A stretch of 64,000 bases of DNA from Eledone cirrhosa (GCA_964016885.1 OZ024740.1:149916001-149980000), one strand, 5' to 3'; numbered from the stretch's first letter, positions 1-14,185 are shown. The notes: a model not told the origin generated them from the letters alone. A program made the numbers and translations.

Positions 1-289
1 GTGTCTAACATAAGTTGATTGCATGTATGTTGATGATTACATGTTTCTAATTCGCATGATTTATGAAAAAGGTGGTGGAGTAGCAACGAGCATAAGAGTT
101 GTGAATTTTTTGTTTGTTTGCACGATTAAGTGTGTGTGCGCGCGCGTGTGTGTTATTGTATATATGCATGTATTACATGTGTATATGCAGCATATAGGAA
201 TATCAGTCAGAGATAACAACTCTATCAAATAGCCGTCATGCTCTTGCCCTGCAAGTTTAGCTAGAAAACTTTGGTTTCTGATCGTCTCT

Positions 290-1123
290 CAATTCTCACA
301 TATCACGCCTAATAGCTCTCTGTGCCTACCGATGATCATACACCAGGTAACTGCCTCGACTGACAGACTATGTGTCAAGAGTGGAGCTTCTCACTCCTCA
401 GAGACTCTTCCGACTTTGTGGATGGAATATCATTGCTAAGTAGGCATCGGCCAGTCATTGTGATCATCAGTGAAGCACTCTGTCCTGTCACCGGGAGGTC
501 ATGTGTCTCACCGTTTGTGGCTAAGTACATGCGTTTGGTGCCGTGCAGTGACAGAAGCACCTCAGTCAAAGCAAGCGCAAGTTTTTCTTCTCATGGTGAT
601 TGATTGAGGGGTAACATCGATGGATATAGTTCAACAGACAGTCGTTCGTCTCAATCCGGCATAAGGAGGCCATGGTGTTACGTTCGTTGCCTTACTGAAC
701 TGGAGCCATAATGGAACTCGGCAGCTTACACGGTGATCAACCAGCCAATAGTAGGAGTAGCGCTGGTTACACCCACAGGACACGGACCTAAAAAATGTAG
801 AATAAAATATACTCGTTCCAAACTTCTACTGACGATTGGCTGCAGTTGGTGGCTAGTCCAAGTTTTGCAGTCGAAACAACAGATACTCTTCTGCTGTTTT
901 CACGAGTACAAGGAATATTCACATATTGCTGGACCAAAAGAGAGCTAACAGGCCTGAGAGTTGTTCTGCCATGCTTGGCCTCAAACAATGCAATATTGAC
1001 ATTGATGGCTTAGAAGAAACTCGTATATCCGGTGAAGAACAACTCACAGAAGTTTTAGCTGGCTACACTTTTGGCTGGAAAGGCTATCTGGAAGACCGAC
1101 TCTGCATCATGGTGTGTATATGA
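290..1123 (+). mobile_element. RTE/BovB-like LINE 5' fragment (UTR and degenerate AP-endonuclease N-terminus)
   Basis: ORF 926-1123 contains NIDIDGLEETRISGEEQLTEVLAGYTFGWKG, resembling the RTE APE motif NIDIAALSETR...GYTFFWSG; 5' boundary approximate. Confidence 0.6.
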
Positions 1124-1184
1124 AGGGTTTGTGTTTCTGTTGTGGATTGTCTTGCGAGACAAACCACAACAGAAACAGAAACCG

Positions 1185-1328
1185 ACCATCTCAATCTTAC
1201 TTTTGAAAATCATAAGAACTGTGAAACCGATAAAATAAATAAATATTCTTAAAAGACTCCAGCTGCATTTTCAATTTCTTTTCCTTACAATTTTACTTGT
1301 GTGGGACATCTTTTAAAAAACCTCATTT

Positions 1329-1330
<2 letters not shown>
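1185..1330 (+). mobile_element. Decayed PLE 3' tail with degenerate hammerhead
   Basis: Similar to 37130-37256 (aagactccagctgcattttc); TTGAAAA 1203-1209, GAAA 1223-1226. Confidence 0.55.
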
Positions 1331-1381
<51 letters not shown>

Positions 1382-1382
<1 letters not shown>

Positions 1383-1860
1383 CGAAGGATATGTGGTAAG
1401 GAACCAAGTGGACCATAACGCACCAAAGTACTCAATACTTAGGGTAGTAGAGTGGATAATAGGAACGAGTAGGACACCGACGGCTGAGCTCAAGCCGTTT
1501 CGACGGCTAATTCTGGACTAAATGAAAATTTTTATCCTGGTATATGAATAGCCGAGCTTCTCAGGGGGTAATTCCATATATGGTAAAAGTGATTGTCACA
1601 AGGATTGGTCAAAAGTTTGTTGTTGAGACACATAATTATATCATGGCAATTTGTGGAAGGAAGGGGTAGCTGAACCTGCCAGTAGAAGATAGAGGGAGAG
1701 GGGGTGGAAGAAACCCAGTCGTGCGTTGATAGTGCCAACTACAGTAGGGCAGGAGGTCAAGCAAGTATACTAGGGAGGGGGAGGGGAGGAAGTCGAAACA
1801 ATAAGTAAAACAATATGGGGTAAATATATAGAAGAATACCAAGAATGTTAAAAGTATAAA
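1382..1860 (-). mobile_element. PLE pseudo-LTR/tail (family also at 29637-30060 and 60812-60984)
   Basis: Shared sequence gacggctgagctcaagccgtttcgacggctaattct...ggggtaattccatatatggt; abuts (TA)n. Confidence 0.7.
1474..1569 (-). ncRNA. Type I hammerhead-like motif, long stem II, C3-A8 mismatch
   Basis: Minus strand ACCCC-CTGAGAA-[G..CGGCTA...TAGCCG.C]-GAAA-CGGCT-TGAGCTC-AGCCG-TC-GGTGT. Confidence 0.6.
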
Positions 1861-2475
1861 AAAAAAACAATTTCTGGTTACTATTCCCTAACGACAGTCA
1901 TCAAGTCTCTCACTGGTACTGCTAAACTATAGAAAAGTTTACTAGGTGGGACGGAATTATAATGAGACCATTTTAAGAGTTAGTAGTAATCAACCGAGTA
2001 TATCTTACGGTGACAGATCAACAAGTGGGGGTGCCAAAATGCTAAAGAAACTACCACGAAATAATAATTCCGAGTCCCGAGACTAATACGAAATAATTGT
2101 TTCTACCCTAGGCACAAGGCCAGCAACCACCCAGTGCAAAAAATAAACTAATACGAAATAATAATTCAGAATCCCGAAAATGAATACTAATACTATCTCT
2201 AAGGGTGCCGCTACAATACAAACATTCTAGTGCAAACTACATAAATGCTCGTACGAAGTATATGAAAAATTTGATACGGAAAATTAATTCAGAATCCCCC
2301 ACCCCCCACCCACACAAAAAATACTGATATACGAGAAATTAAAGCAAAGATACCACTAAGAAATGTAGAAAGCACGGAAATGGGGCAGCCATCGGATAAG
2401 AAAGCAAGTATCCGGGGTCTATCATATCTGCTATAAAAAGCGGAGTCGGCCAATTCTATCATAGAATAGGGGATG

Positions 2476-5400
2476 AAAAACCTACCTTAAACTGCTTATA
2501 GACGCTACTAATTCGTTTATACGGAGAGTCAGATGGAAGGCCTACCACCTGGATAAGAACACCCGTAACCTTCCTGAACCCAAAGAGAGGTATGGCTTCA
2601 AAACATACCGAAACCCACCGCACAACACCTTACTGGACACCTTTGAAGAGGACCTGCTGAAAATGATCAAAAACGTTAAGTTCAGAAAGAAACACCAATG
2701 CAGCAATCCATTCTTAACGTCCCTTGATACACTAATAACTAAGATCAAGAATGACCCGCACCTCTTCGTCACCTCCGATAAAACCAAAAAGCTGTACAAG
2801 ATGGACGCGAGTAAGTATAAAAAATTAATCTATAAGGAACTACACAAAGACTACAAAAAGACACCCTCTAGTACCCTAAATGACATAAATAGAGTAGGGA
2901 AGGATATAGTCACCAGCTTAGAAATAGAAAAGTACACTAACCCGTACGTCCCTCTGACGCCTAAATTCTCTCTTAAGGATCACAAATATGACTTTAATGA
3001 AAGCCCCTCTATTAGACTAATATGCCCCTCTACATCAGATATAGGTAAGATTAGTAAAGTGATCCTCGACAGAGTACTACTGGAGCTTAATAGAAAGGCT
3101 AAGGTCTGCCTCTGGGGCAACACCGACCATGTCATAAATTGGTTCACCGAGTTGCCGGATAAAGCCACCCTGAAATTCATCCAGTTTGATATAGATAGTT
3201 ACTATGCCTCTATCTCCCCCATACTCTTAAATAAGGCACTTATCTTAGCTAGATCTAAAACTAGCCTCACTAAAAAAGAAATAGACATAATTCTAGCGGC
3301 GCGTAGAACCATTATCCAGTTCGAAGGCTCCCACTGGACCAGAACCAACCGTCCTGATAACTTCGATGTCACGATGGGGTCCAGTGACTCAGCGCAAGCA
3401 ACTGACCTGGTCAGGATATACCTCCTACATAAGCTTAGGGAAGAGATACCGGCCCTACAAGGAGGTGTATATAGGGACGACGCCCTGTTTACCGCCAGGA
3501 ACCATAGCCCCCGTAGGATAGAGAACCTTAACAAACATATACACAGGTTCTTCAAGTCATACGGCCTATCCGTAACTATGGACCTTAACCACAGGGTTGT
3601 CAACTTCCTGGACGTGACCCTGGAGTTGAGTACGGGCTTATACAAGCCATACCATAAGCCAGGAGAGTGCCTCTCTTATATTAATTATGCCTCCAACTAC
3701 CCTAAGCAGACTCTCAACTCCATAGTCTATAGTATCTCACATAGAATCTCGAGGCTATCCGCCAATGAGGATATCTTCAACCAAGCGGCAGATTACTAAA
3801 ATAGGGCCTTGATAAGCGCCGGCTTTAACCGAGGAATTTCCTACATCCCTATCGCTAGCTCTAGAAACCACCCCCCCTCATAAAACGAACGTTATAGTAA
3901 GCCATACCTATAACCGATCACGCGGCGACCTCGTTCAAGTCGGATATAATAGAATAGATAACCGCCTAAAGATCACGACCCGGCGACGGTGAACACTGTA
4001 GACTACTCGAACTATTCCCCTATTATAAAACCAACAAAGGCGGCGGCCTACTACCAACGCCTTCCAACCAACATCTTCGTGTACATAAACATGGAAGAGG
4101 TAGGAAGAGTACACCCGAGCATAAAGTGAAAGAGGCACCGAACGGGCGACTGCGCATTAACACACATAAGAGCGGTCACCTAGATGGAACCACCCGTAAC
4201 AAAAGTACAAAGACACGTAATCGCCACCGTAACGTCCTATGGTTCCGCCCCCTACTCTCGGAGTGTGGCCTCCAACATACCCCGGATGTTCTTCGAAGCC
4301 TTAGAGAAGAACTTCCCGCCCAACTATAGGTATAGAAAAATTCTTAATAGGAACAATATAAAAATATCCTTCTCTACTACTCCTAACCTAGCAGACATCA
4401 TAGGAACAACGAACCACAGTAAGATCACCAAGACACAACATCTCAACACAGACGCACCTACACCTGACAATAACTATATCGGCCTTAAAACTCCCTGGCA
4501 GCATCCAATAGTGTTGGCAACGGCATCCGCAGACGCAACCAGCATAACCGCGAAATGACTGGGGAACATGCAAGACATGACATGCGGAATAACAATCGCA
4601 CCACCCCGCGTGCTGTGGGTTGTAATGGTGCTAACGACAGCTGCGGTAGCGTAGGTAACAACGTAGGCAGCAACAATGATAGCCTTACCGTGGGAAATAG
4701 ACGGAACCGCGACAGAAATTGCAACTGCCGCGACAGAGGACGCTGCCCCCTTAGAGGATACTGCTTGACTGATAGGGTTATATATAGATGCACTATTACT
4801 AGCCACAATAGCGTTAAACATTATATAGGGGCTACCTCCGGCCCGTTCAAAATTAGGTGTCGAACACATCTCCACTTTTTCACAAATAGAAAACTAAGGC
4901 ACTCCACTTCGCTCGCAGACTACATCACATCACTAAAGGACTTAAACATCAGCTTCTCCACGCACTGGGAGATTGTCGGCAGGGCTGCACCGTACAACTT
5001 CAAGAGGAAATGCGATCTTTGCCTCATAGAGCTCTACCACATCATAACTGCACCCCACGAGCTCATCAACAGCAGATTAAAAATATCCTTCTTCAGATGG
5101 GTTAAGGATGAGGAGTGAAACCGTACACCGGATCTCCCTGCAACAAGTCTTAACACCCCGGCGGGCAGGCGCTGCAAAATAACACCCAGGAAACAATCCT
5201 TGCATACCAGACCCAGCTTCAGGCAAACAGATGCGGCAAAAAAAAAAAAAAAAAAAACTCTCAAAATAAGCGTTGATTACATGCGTATCGACAATGGTAA
5301 GGTTGTAACCTCATTTCGTAGCAGATAAAAATAAAATTTGTCCGGGAAAAACTGCCCTAACACCGGCCAGAGTTACCTCCCTTGACCTGCTGCAAAATCA

Positions 5401-5600
5401 AAACAAGCTATTTTTGCGAGCAATGAACCTTGATGTGGATTTAACCCAAAAAACTCTTTCCGAGCAATATAAGGAACACTTTTGATTATTTATGCCCTTG
5501 AGAAGCCCAACTGGGCGAAACGTACGTAGGTGTTGTTTTAAATAAACATGTTTTAACGGTCTATTCTCCGATTTTTTACTTTCCCACGTACATATATATG
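2476..5600 (+). mobile_element. Penelope-like retroelement, near full length, disrupted
   Basis: ORF 2663-3799 RT (SDKT, QFDIDSYY, VTMGS, GVYRDD, NFLDVTL, YKPYHKP); ORF 4555-5118 CNCR..CPL, VIY/YIG GIY-YIG, CDLC..E; tail with HHR and AATAAA 5541. Confidence 0.9.
5493..5533 (+). ncRNA. Minimal type I hammerhead, U3-A8 core
   Basis: TTGAGAA 5498-5504, stem II GCCC/GGGC, GAAA 5517-5520, palindromic stem III ACGTACGT, UA site; stem I imperfect. Confidence 0.6.
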
Positions 5601-6057
5601 TCTATATGTGTATGAGTAAGTACGTATAGCCACATATGAGTAGGTGTGTGTGTGTGTGTGTGTGTGTGCGGGCGGGTAAGTGTGCGTATATATATGTGGA
5701 TGTGTATGGGTGTATATATGTGGATGTGTGTGTGGGTGCAGGTGCATGCATTTGCGGGCCTCTATATGTGTGTATATATATTTGTGCATACATGTATGTG
5801 TTTATGTGCATCTCTTGGGAATGTGTGCGGATGTTTATATATGGACTATATATGTTTTTTTTTCATTATTATTATTATTATTATTGTTGTATTATTTTAT
5901 CACATATCCTCTATACATACCCGTATATATGCGTATATGTACGTATGAGTCTTGTACGTGTGCGTCTGTGTATGTGTGTGTGTGTATATATATATATATA
6001 CGTAGGTGCGTATGTATATATATATATATATGTGTGTGTGTATATATGTATAATAGG

Positions 6058-6152
<95 letters not shown>

Positions 6153-6860
6153 ATACCACATTGTATATTACATTTCATTGTATCTTTTTCTTATGTTATA
6201 CTGTTTTATGTTATTATACTGTTTTTTATTGCATAATGTATTTTCAACTGTTCACTTACAGGTGTCTTTATACATGTACATGTATATGTGGTGGAACTTC
6301 CGTGTGTAGGCGGATGTGCATGCGTGCAGGTGTATCCATGCGGCAACATGTATGCGTACGCATGTGTAGATGTATGCAGTTCGGCCTATGCGTGGGTATT
6401 TGTATGTATATGTGTGGATGTGCGTATGCATGTTAAGTTGTCCCTTTTTCTTTTGTGTGTATATATGTATATATATACATATATAAAATATATATATATA
6501 TATATGTGTGTGTGTGTATGTACGTGTGTAGGCAATTTTTATGTACGTATGTGTTCGTGTGTGTGTGTGGACATGTAATAGTTTACGTTTGTGTATATAT
6601 GTGTGTATGCATGTGTGAATATATATATATATGTATATGTATACATATAGTTATGTAATGAACAACATAAGATAATTATTTCGGTTACCAGTGGTTTCTT
6701 GGAAGCAAACGATATTTGCTTTCATTCATCAGAATGAAAAATTCCTAAGTGTGTATATATATATGTGTATACACATGTGCGTATATATGTATGTATGTGA
6801 ATGTATGTGTGTATGTATATATTCGTGTGTATGAGCGTGTGAATATATATATATAGAGAT
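5600..6860. repeat. Compound (TG)n/(TA)n microsatellite tract
   Basis: Direct reading; ORFs here are low-complexity artefacts. Confidence 0.9.
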
Positions 6861-6867
6861 AGATATT

Positions 6868-8590
6868 GAAGACCAGAGTGTACCATCTCCACCACCTATG
6901 ACACCGGACTCTATTACAACCAGGGAATTTACACCTGCAATGCTGCGACGTCACCTAAAAAATAAACGCAACCATGCCTCTCCTGGTCTTGATGGTGTTA
7001 CGTACCTGCTTCTTAAACGTGGTGGGTACTTACTTCTGCACCAGTTATCACGCTTCTTCCAATTCTGTCTGAACAACAGTGCTACTCCAGAACAGTGGAA
7101 AACTGCCAGTATCATTCCTCTGTTCAAAAAGGGTCACCGCACATCACCTGTGAACTATCGTCCAGTCAGTCTTACTAGTTGCATCACCAAACTGATGGAA
7201 TCCTGTGTCAGAGAAACACTTTGGAACTTCTAGAGCTCTCACAGTCTTATCTGGCCCTCGCAATTTGGATTTATCCCCAACTCCAGCTGCTGTGATAAAC
7301 TTATAGAGTTTCTTGAGGACATCACCCGGATCACTGATGGCGGCTCATGGGTGGATGTTGTTTACCTTGACTTTGCGAAAGCCTTCAATTCTGCTCCACA
7401 CAAAAGGCTTATGGCAAAACTCTCTGCAATGGGTGTGAAGGATGATCTTTTTAACTGGTTGAAGTCCTTCATTCACAGTCGAAGAGAGGTAGTCACGGTT
7501 CTGGGACAGCATTCCTCACCATATGAGATGTCATCTGGTGTACCACAGGGATCTGTTCTTGGCCCCCTTTTGTTTGTGGTATATATTAATGACATAGATG
7601 CCAACTTAAAGAATGCCACGGTACTAAAGTACGCAGACGACATCAAGCTGTACCTTGAGATAAAAAGGACAGATCCTGAACACTATAGATCTTGCTTGCA
7701 GTCTGCCCTGGACACAATGCAACAATGGATCTCAGACTGGCAACTCAAGCTAGCTGTGGACAAGTGCACCACCATGCATTTTGGGAGTAAAAACCCAGCG
7801 TCCACATACTCCCTCCACAGCACTAATATCAAGAAGTCCTCTTGTGAACGTGACCTGGGCATTACGGTCAGCAGCGATTTGCGTTGGACGAAGCATGTCT
7901 CTAAAATTGTCAAGAGGGCCGAGGGTGTCTTAGCATCACTCAGCAAGACCTTTGTCAGCCGCTTTCCAGATATCTATTTAAGGCTGTACATAGCTATGGT
8001 GCGGCCACACTTAGAATTTGCATCACCAGTCTGGAACCCCTATCTTGCTCAGAACATTGACCGCCTGGAAACTGTTCAGAGACGTGCAACCAAGCGAATA
8101 CCCTCCATCAGGCATCTACCATACTCTGAGCGCCTTGCTTCCCTGGGCATGGATACATTGAAGCTCCGACGCCTGGCAACTGACTTGGTAAACACCCACA
8201 AAATTGTTAACCTTGTTGCCAACAACAACCCTGAGTACCTTTTTGATTTCCATGTGTCTAACACACGTGGACATGCCCACAAAGTCAGAAAACAGAACAG
8301 TTTCCATGACTTTCGGAAACATTTTTTCACGCTCAGAGTTGCTGAAGCATGGAACAAACTACCTGCATCAGTTGTTAGCTGTTGAGACACTGCATCCTTT
8401 AAGACCTCCATGCTTCCCGAGATCCGCCAACAACTAATGTTCCCCCCTCCATACACATACACACATGTATACCATGATTCATACACTATTCACTTCCCTG
8501 ACATTTGTGTAATATTCTATGTACTATGCATACACCTTTGACGAGTTGTAGTGCACCTGAGCACTTTACACAATAATTTCATTATTATTA
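6868..8590 (+). mobile_element. CR1/L2-group LINE, 5'-truncated RT with in-frame stops
   Basis: SPGLDG, WKTASIIPLFKKG, NYRPVSLTS, YLDFAKAF, GVPQGSVLGP, YADD, FFTLRVAEAWNKLP; ends in (ATT)n. Confidence 0.9.
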
Positions 8591-9122
8591 AACGGAAAAA
8601 ATGAAACGAAATTTCATTTCCCACTCTTAGTACGGCTGTTACGTAAATATAAGTATGTACACGTACATACATAAATGTATACAGACGTACAGTAGTATGT
8701 ATATATATATATACATACATGCACACATATATATATGTACGTATGGATTCACCGAACATTTATTATAATGCTCGGTGTGTTTGTAAACAAACATCCCGTA
8801 TTAAGCCGTAGTGTCGTTTGTTCAACACTGACAAAGGAACGCTGTACTAGTTTCAAGCTTATTAGCTATCGTCAGCAACGGACGATAGCTAATAAGACTG
8901 AAACTAGTACAGCGTTCCTTTGTCAGTGTTGAACAAACGAGCAACGATGGTTGCTGGACACAACGGCTTAATACGGGATGTTTGTTTACAAACACACCGA
9001 GCATTATAATAAATGTTCGGTGAATCCATACGTATATATATGTGTGTGCATGTAAGTATATATATATACATACTACTGTACGTCTGTATACATATATGTA
9101 TGTACGTCTACATACTTATATT
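8590..9122. mobile_element. Fold-back (palindromic) non-coding element with central hammerhead
   Basis: 8646-8873 is the reverse complement of 8881-9122 (one ~16 nt indel); unpaired extension 8590-8645. Confidence 0.9.
8840..8880 (-). ncRNA. Minimal type I hammerhead, canonical core
   Basis: CGTTG-CTGACGA-T-AGCT-AATA-AGCT-T-GAAA-CTAG-TA-CAGCG; stem I CGTTG/CAGCG, palindromic stem III ACTAGT. Confidence 0.85.
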
Positions 9123-9822
9123 CATTGTTATTATTATATATATATATATATATTTAAATGTATAGAAGGTTGGCCGTATGTATGTGTACGCGCATGTGTA
9201 TGTATATATGTGTACGTTTGAATAGGACATGCTTACCCAATTGATACAGAACAGTCAGAAGGCTCGTGGCGGTATGTATTAACAAGTGTGTGTGACTGGG
9301 TCCATGGGAGTAAGGGAGAGAGGGTGTGTGAGTATATATACTGCGATGTATGTGGCGGTGTGGGTGTCTGCGCTTGTAGACGTACGAGTGTGAATGCATA
9401 GATAGGTATGTGTCTGAATGTGTGTGTGTTACTATGTGTTTATTCTAGTATGTGTGGGTGCTTACCCTGAAGTGTGAGCAGACGTGTGAAGTACTGAACC
9501 CAGCATGACTCCATTGAAATGTGTCGGATGGAAAATGGTTGATGAACCGTGTGGCAGCAGATACTGACCAGAACTTGTGATGACGTGGAGTAAAAACAGC
9601 CAATGGCATGACAGGTGTGGAAAGAGGGTTTTTTGAGGGTGTTGTTTTGATAACACCCCAGTGATAAAATTTGCTCCGGACATAACACCCGTGTCTGAAA
9701 GAACCCGCAGAAGTAGAATCAGCCAGATCCATACAAGGACCATGACTCGAGCTACATGCCGGCGAAACATTTGTAACACGAAATAAACTAAGTCCAGATG
9801 CATCACTGATTTTTTGTTTTCT

Positions 9823-9887
<65 letters not shown>

Positions 9888-10182
9888 TAGTGGAGGTGTG
9901 GGTGAGTGGGGTATGGGCTCCTATGGGAAGTGCGGTTGTTTGGGCAGGAGTAAAGGTTGGGGCTTAGTCCAAGTACAGGTTGCTGAGCCGGTTTAAATGC
10001 CGAGTGGTTCAGGTTCCCGTGTTTTGTACGTCGTAGGGTATTCCATATATATATCATATATTACTATCTTGATTTTCTATTTATCTCGTTCTCTTACGCA
10101 ATCGGTCTCACCCTGTCTCATTGTCATTACACAGTGAAATAATACTTTGCCTACCTGCATACCATCAATTTTACTAGCATTA

Positions 10183-10330
10183 TTGGCAGTATCGGTAGAG
10201 GGTCGGACGCCATACTTTGACGCATAGAGTTACGGTCCTTGCCATTCTAAGTTCATATCCCGCCGAGGTTTACTTTGCCTTCATCCTTACGGGGTCGATA
10301 AAATAAAGTACCAAAAGTAGAAACAATTAT
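10183..10330 (+). mobile_element. tRNA-derived SINE
   Basis: A-box-like tggcagtatcggt, B-box-like gttcatatcc, tail ggggtcgataaaataaagtacc; homologous to 28278-28490. Confidence 0.8.
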
Positions 10331-10585
10331 TTTACTTTACAAAAGAAATTTCCAAAACCTCATAAACAATAAAACATGGACAGCATTTACATTTGAACAA
10401 TTTTATTGAAGCATAGCGAAATTCAAATGAGAGGAGAATATATATAAATGGTCATTTATTTGTATGTTAGAGGATTGAATAAAAGGCGAGAAGTTTAATA
10501 ATGCCGCTCTAATGACAAGACCAATAATGTAATATGTGTAAATAAAACATTAAAAATAACTTGAAACCAAATGTGCTACATTAAT

Positions 10586-11565
10586 CTAACAATTCCAAGC
10601 CTCAACATCGGAATTTGTTTCCAGTTTCTTCGGATTCTTTATCCATTCCAAAGCCTTTGATACGCTTAATATCCAGACATCATCCATCTTTGAAATGTTT
10701 TCTAGGTATTCTTTCAAGACATCAAAATTATATGGTCTAGCAAGAATCCAATTCACGTGAAGAAACATACCCGCTGGTGCTCGGTTTGAATTATAATTAA
10801 TATTGAACCTTTCCATCAAAAATTTAAGAAGTTCAATTTTGCTTCTGGGTTGATTACACCCATCGAACAAAGAACAAGGGTTTTTGTTCGTGTCATACCA
10901 GCGGTTTACGGGCACTTCCCAAAAGCCAGGGTATGATTCTGTAGGACATTTCTTGTTCACACAAGACTTGCCTGGAACGCCACCGGACCTTTCTTGTTCA
11001 CATGCAGTCTGCAAAGGTGTATCTAGTGTGAATGGCCAGTATTGGTCCAAATTCTGATCACTGTCAGCACCCATAACTATTGAAGAGTCCCAAGAAAACC
11101 CAAAATCTTTCAGAACATCGAACTGTTTATTACCACCCATTTGAAGAAAAGGAGAACGAAAACCTTTAATCTGATTTTCTGGTATGCCGGATTTCTGAAT
11201 GAGATTATTTTTTATTCCAATTATTTCCTCTTTGTATTCATTATAAGACATATTTCTCCAGGAAGCAGACGGGAACTTATGGGAGACAGAATGACTTGCC
11301 ATTTCATGTCCTTTTTGGTACATTTCCTTTGAAAAAGTATAATTATTTTCACCAGAAATGAAAAATGTGAAGCTTATTGGACATCCGTTAGGATTTTTAA
11401 GTCCCAAATTAGACAATCTCCGGTAGTAATCAATGTTCCTTTTAGTGAAACCGTCGTCAAAAGTTAGCAAAAGTATTTGTGGTGTTTTCTTTCGTGACAA
11501 ACCCTGGGGAAGTTTAGTTGACAGACATTTGCAAGCAGGAAGTTGACAGCTGTCGTTACAATTAT
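10586..11565 (-). CDS. Chitin deacetylase-like polysaccharide deacetylase (CE4/NodB), terminal catalytic exon
   Basis: Intact ORF with C.LP.C.C, LLTFDDG, NPNGCPI..TFF, HEMASHSVSH, GFRSPFL, DSS, WPFTLD, PGFWEVP, RAP.GMFLH, DDVWI; polypyrimidine tract plus CAG acceptor at 11566-11578 suggests the ORF-track Met (11629) is intronic. Confidence 0.9.
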
Positions 11566-11795
11566 CTGGAGGAAAAGTGAAATGTGATATTGATATAGTA
11601 CCGAAATTAAAGACATTGAATAAAGACATTAAAAATAAAAACGGTTAAAATTGGTCAACCAATTTCCCAGGGAATTAATAGAAACCAAAATATATGATAG
11701 TGCAAATAGCTGGAATAGGTGGTTGTATATTCTACTAAATTTAAAGCTTACTGTATTCATTCGTGTATGCAAACACATATATAGACACACACACA

Positions 11796-11883
<88 letters not shown>

Positions 11884-13019
11884 AATATATATACACACAC
11901 ATATATATATATAAATATATATACACAATGTCAATTAGATCCCTAGGGATTTTTGTACAAGTTGAAAACATGTTATATATACATATATAAATCTATATAT
12001 ACACATGTACATGCACACATATACACGCACTCCCATATATATATATATACACACAATACAAAGAAATAAACAGACACAAGGCCGTAGAAGAGTCGGCTAG
12101 GATGGCGAGAAGTATGATTAGTGTAAGCTTAACAGCAGTCACCATACTTCAGTGGTTACTCTACCGTAGGGAGTTATAAACAATACAAAGAAATACACAG
12201 ACACATGCGAATACATACATATACATGAATATACCCACATATATCCCTGAATTTGTGTGGTGCCAACCTTAAACGTTGTTGCTCTATGAATAATAGGGAC
12301 AAAATAATCTGAATGGATTAGATTGATTCAATATCAGAGCTATATAATACATTATAAAGAAAGAAGAAACATTAGATATAATATATATATATATATATAT
12401 ATATTGAGTGAGTGTGAAATACCAAAGATCATTATTGAAAGTCTCTGGATGATTTCGCAAAATACATAATATGTTTTATTGGAGAAGGTAAGATATTTTT
12501 CCGCAAAAATTTGATTGCATTGTCTTGTTTCCACTTATGTATTTTTTTTTAAATGTTATTTATTCATTATAAAAATTAAATGATAGCACTCTATATATAG
12601 TTGGACCCCCATCATCTCCTGGCAACCAATATTTTTAGACCTCATTGTCTGCCGCTATTCCCAGCGAGATAGATTATGTCTGCAGCGTGATTGTCCTTTT
12701 ACCCATCATCCGGGGACTCGTCGCACAAATAAAAATAAAAATAAAAATCCTAACCAATACAATGCCCACTACTACAGTCATTTACAGTTCCCTAAACAGG
12801 AAACCTCTTTTTTAGCCATAATGAATCTGGCAAAAGAACTACAAAAAAACATTCTAGCCATAACCCAACACTACCCTCCACTACCACCATACTGCACAAA
12901 CTCCCATTGCTGCCATTAACAAACAAACCCCACAAAACAATTAAAATCAACCACCACTCTAGCCTCAACATTTTTGCTTAATGCTCAAACCCTTCCACCA
13001 ATACTCAAAAATAGAAACC

Positions 13020-13325
13020 CATCTCAATCCCCTCCACTTGGAAGCCAAAGTGAAAGTGAAGAATTTCAAAGCTATCCGTGCAGATCGCGCTGGCAGAAGA
13101 AAAGGTGGGACTGACATTTTTGTACATGATTTTTTTTGACAGAGACTAAGAACTTATTATCTAATGGATACTGTAAAGCAGTCACTGTGTACAGTAAAGC
13201 CAACAACTTAATAGTAGTTGGGCGCTATAGGCCATCCCAAACGCCTCTACCATGCTTCAAGGAATGCCTCAACAACATAAAATGTTTCATCCAACAGTGT
13301 CATCCTAGCAACATCTTAATGTGGA
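13020..13325 (+). mobile_element. Degenerate LINE AP-endonuclease fragment
   Basis: IRADRAGRRKGGT..FV and LIVVGRYRPS motifs across frameshifts. Confidence 0.5.
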
Positions 13326-14185
13326 CGCCGTTTCGCGAACTGTCATCATCAGAATGAGCGTGTGTTATTGTTGTGGCCATACATTTATTGTTTAATCGAA
13401 AGCGAAAGATACACTGAAATGCAGCATGCTTGGGGATCCATTTGTTGAAGAATATTTTATATTGAATTTGATATTGTCGTGGATGGTGTTGAAAGTCACG
13501 TATTTTTATAACCTCATATATGGAACTGGTTAGCACTAAGGTGTTGTTTACGTATCTCTGGTGTAATGTGCGTCGCCCAGAATGCAGGGCCTTTCGAACT
13601 AGATCATTTCATTGCTTGTTAGGGTAACCAGAGTCACGCTAAGTTTGGGTTGTATCAGAAGATCACTGGACTCTCGGAAAATGGTGCCTTTGGCTCGGAA
13701 GAAAATGCTGGTGAAATTGATCGTTAGAAAAGATCTGAAGTTTGTGATGGAAAGTCTTTGCAAAGCTGTGTTCTCCTTCCAGACGTTCTTGAGCTATTTG
13801 TATTGTCTCTACTGGTGGTATGCTGGTGTCCATGAATGCAAATTAGTGCCAGATACATAGTTATTGTCAGCTAATGTATGTGGAAGTGTTTATAAGTTAC
13901 CAGATGTATTGATACGTGTGTTATAAGACGTTTGAGAAACATGATCAACAGTACACCATCTTCTGTGCGAGGTCTATATTGTTTTTCGCACAAGACAGAT
14001 AAACTTTACCAACTAATAAATATCTCCCTATCGGCATACATGATCTTGCACATAAAAAGACTGACTACAACTAGAGATTAGGAGAATATGAGGAATAAAA
14101 AAGAGTAATACTTCTTTAGCGAATTTCTAAATCAAATTGAAAAACTTCACACTGCCCAGTATAACAACAAAACACAACAGACTAC

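Noticed and set aside
3797-3799. Selenocysteine read-through as described for some PLEs
   Set aside because: This RT-interrupting stop is TAA, and frameshifts follow
11566-11629. N-terminus MSLFNVFNFG... of the 347-aa ORF
   Set aside because: Not signal-peptide-like and ends in a strong splice acceptor; probably intron
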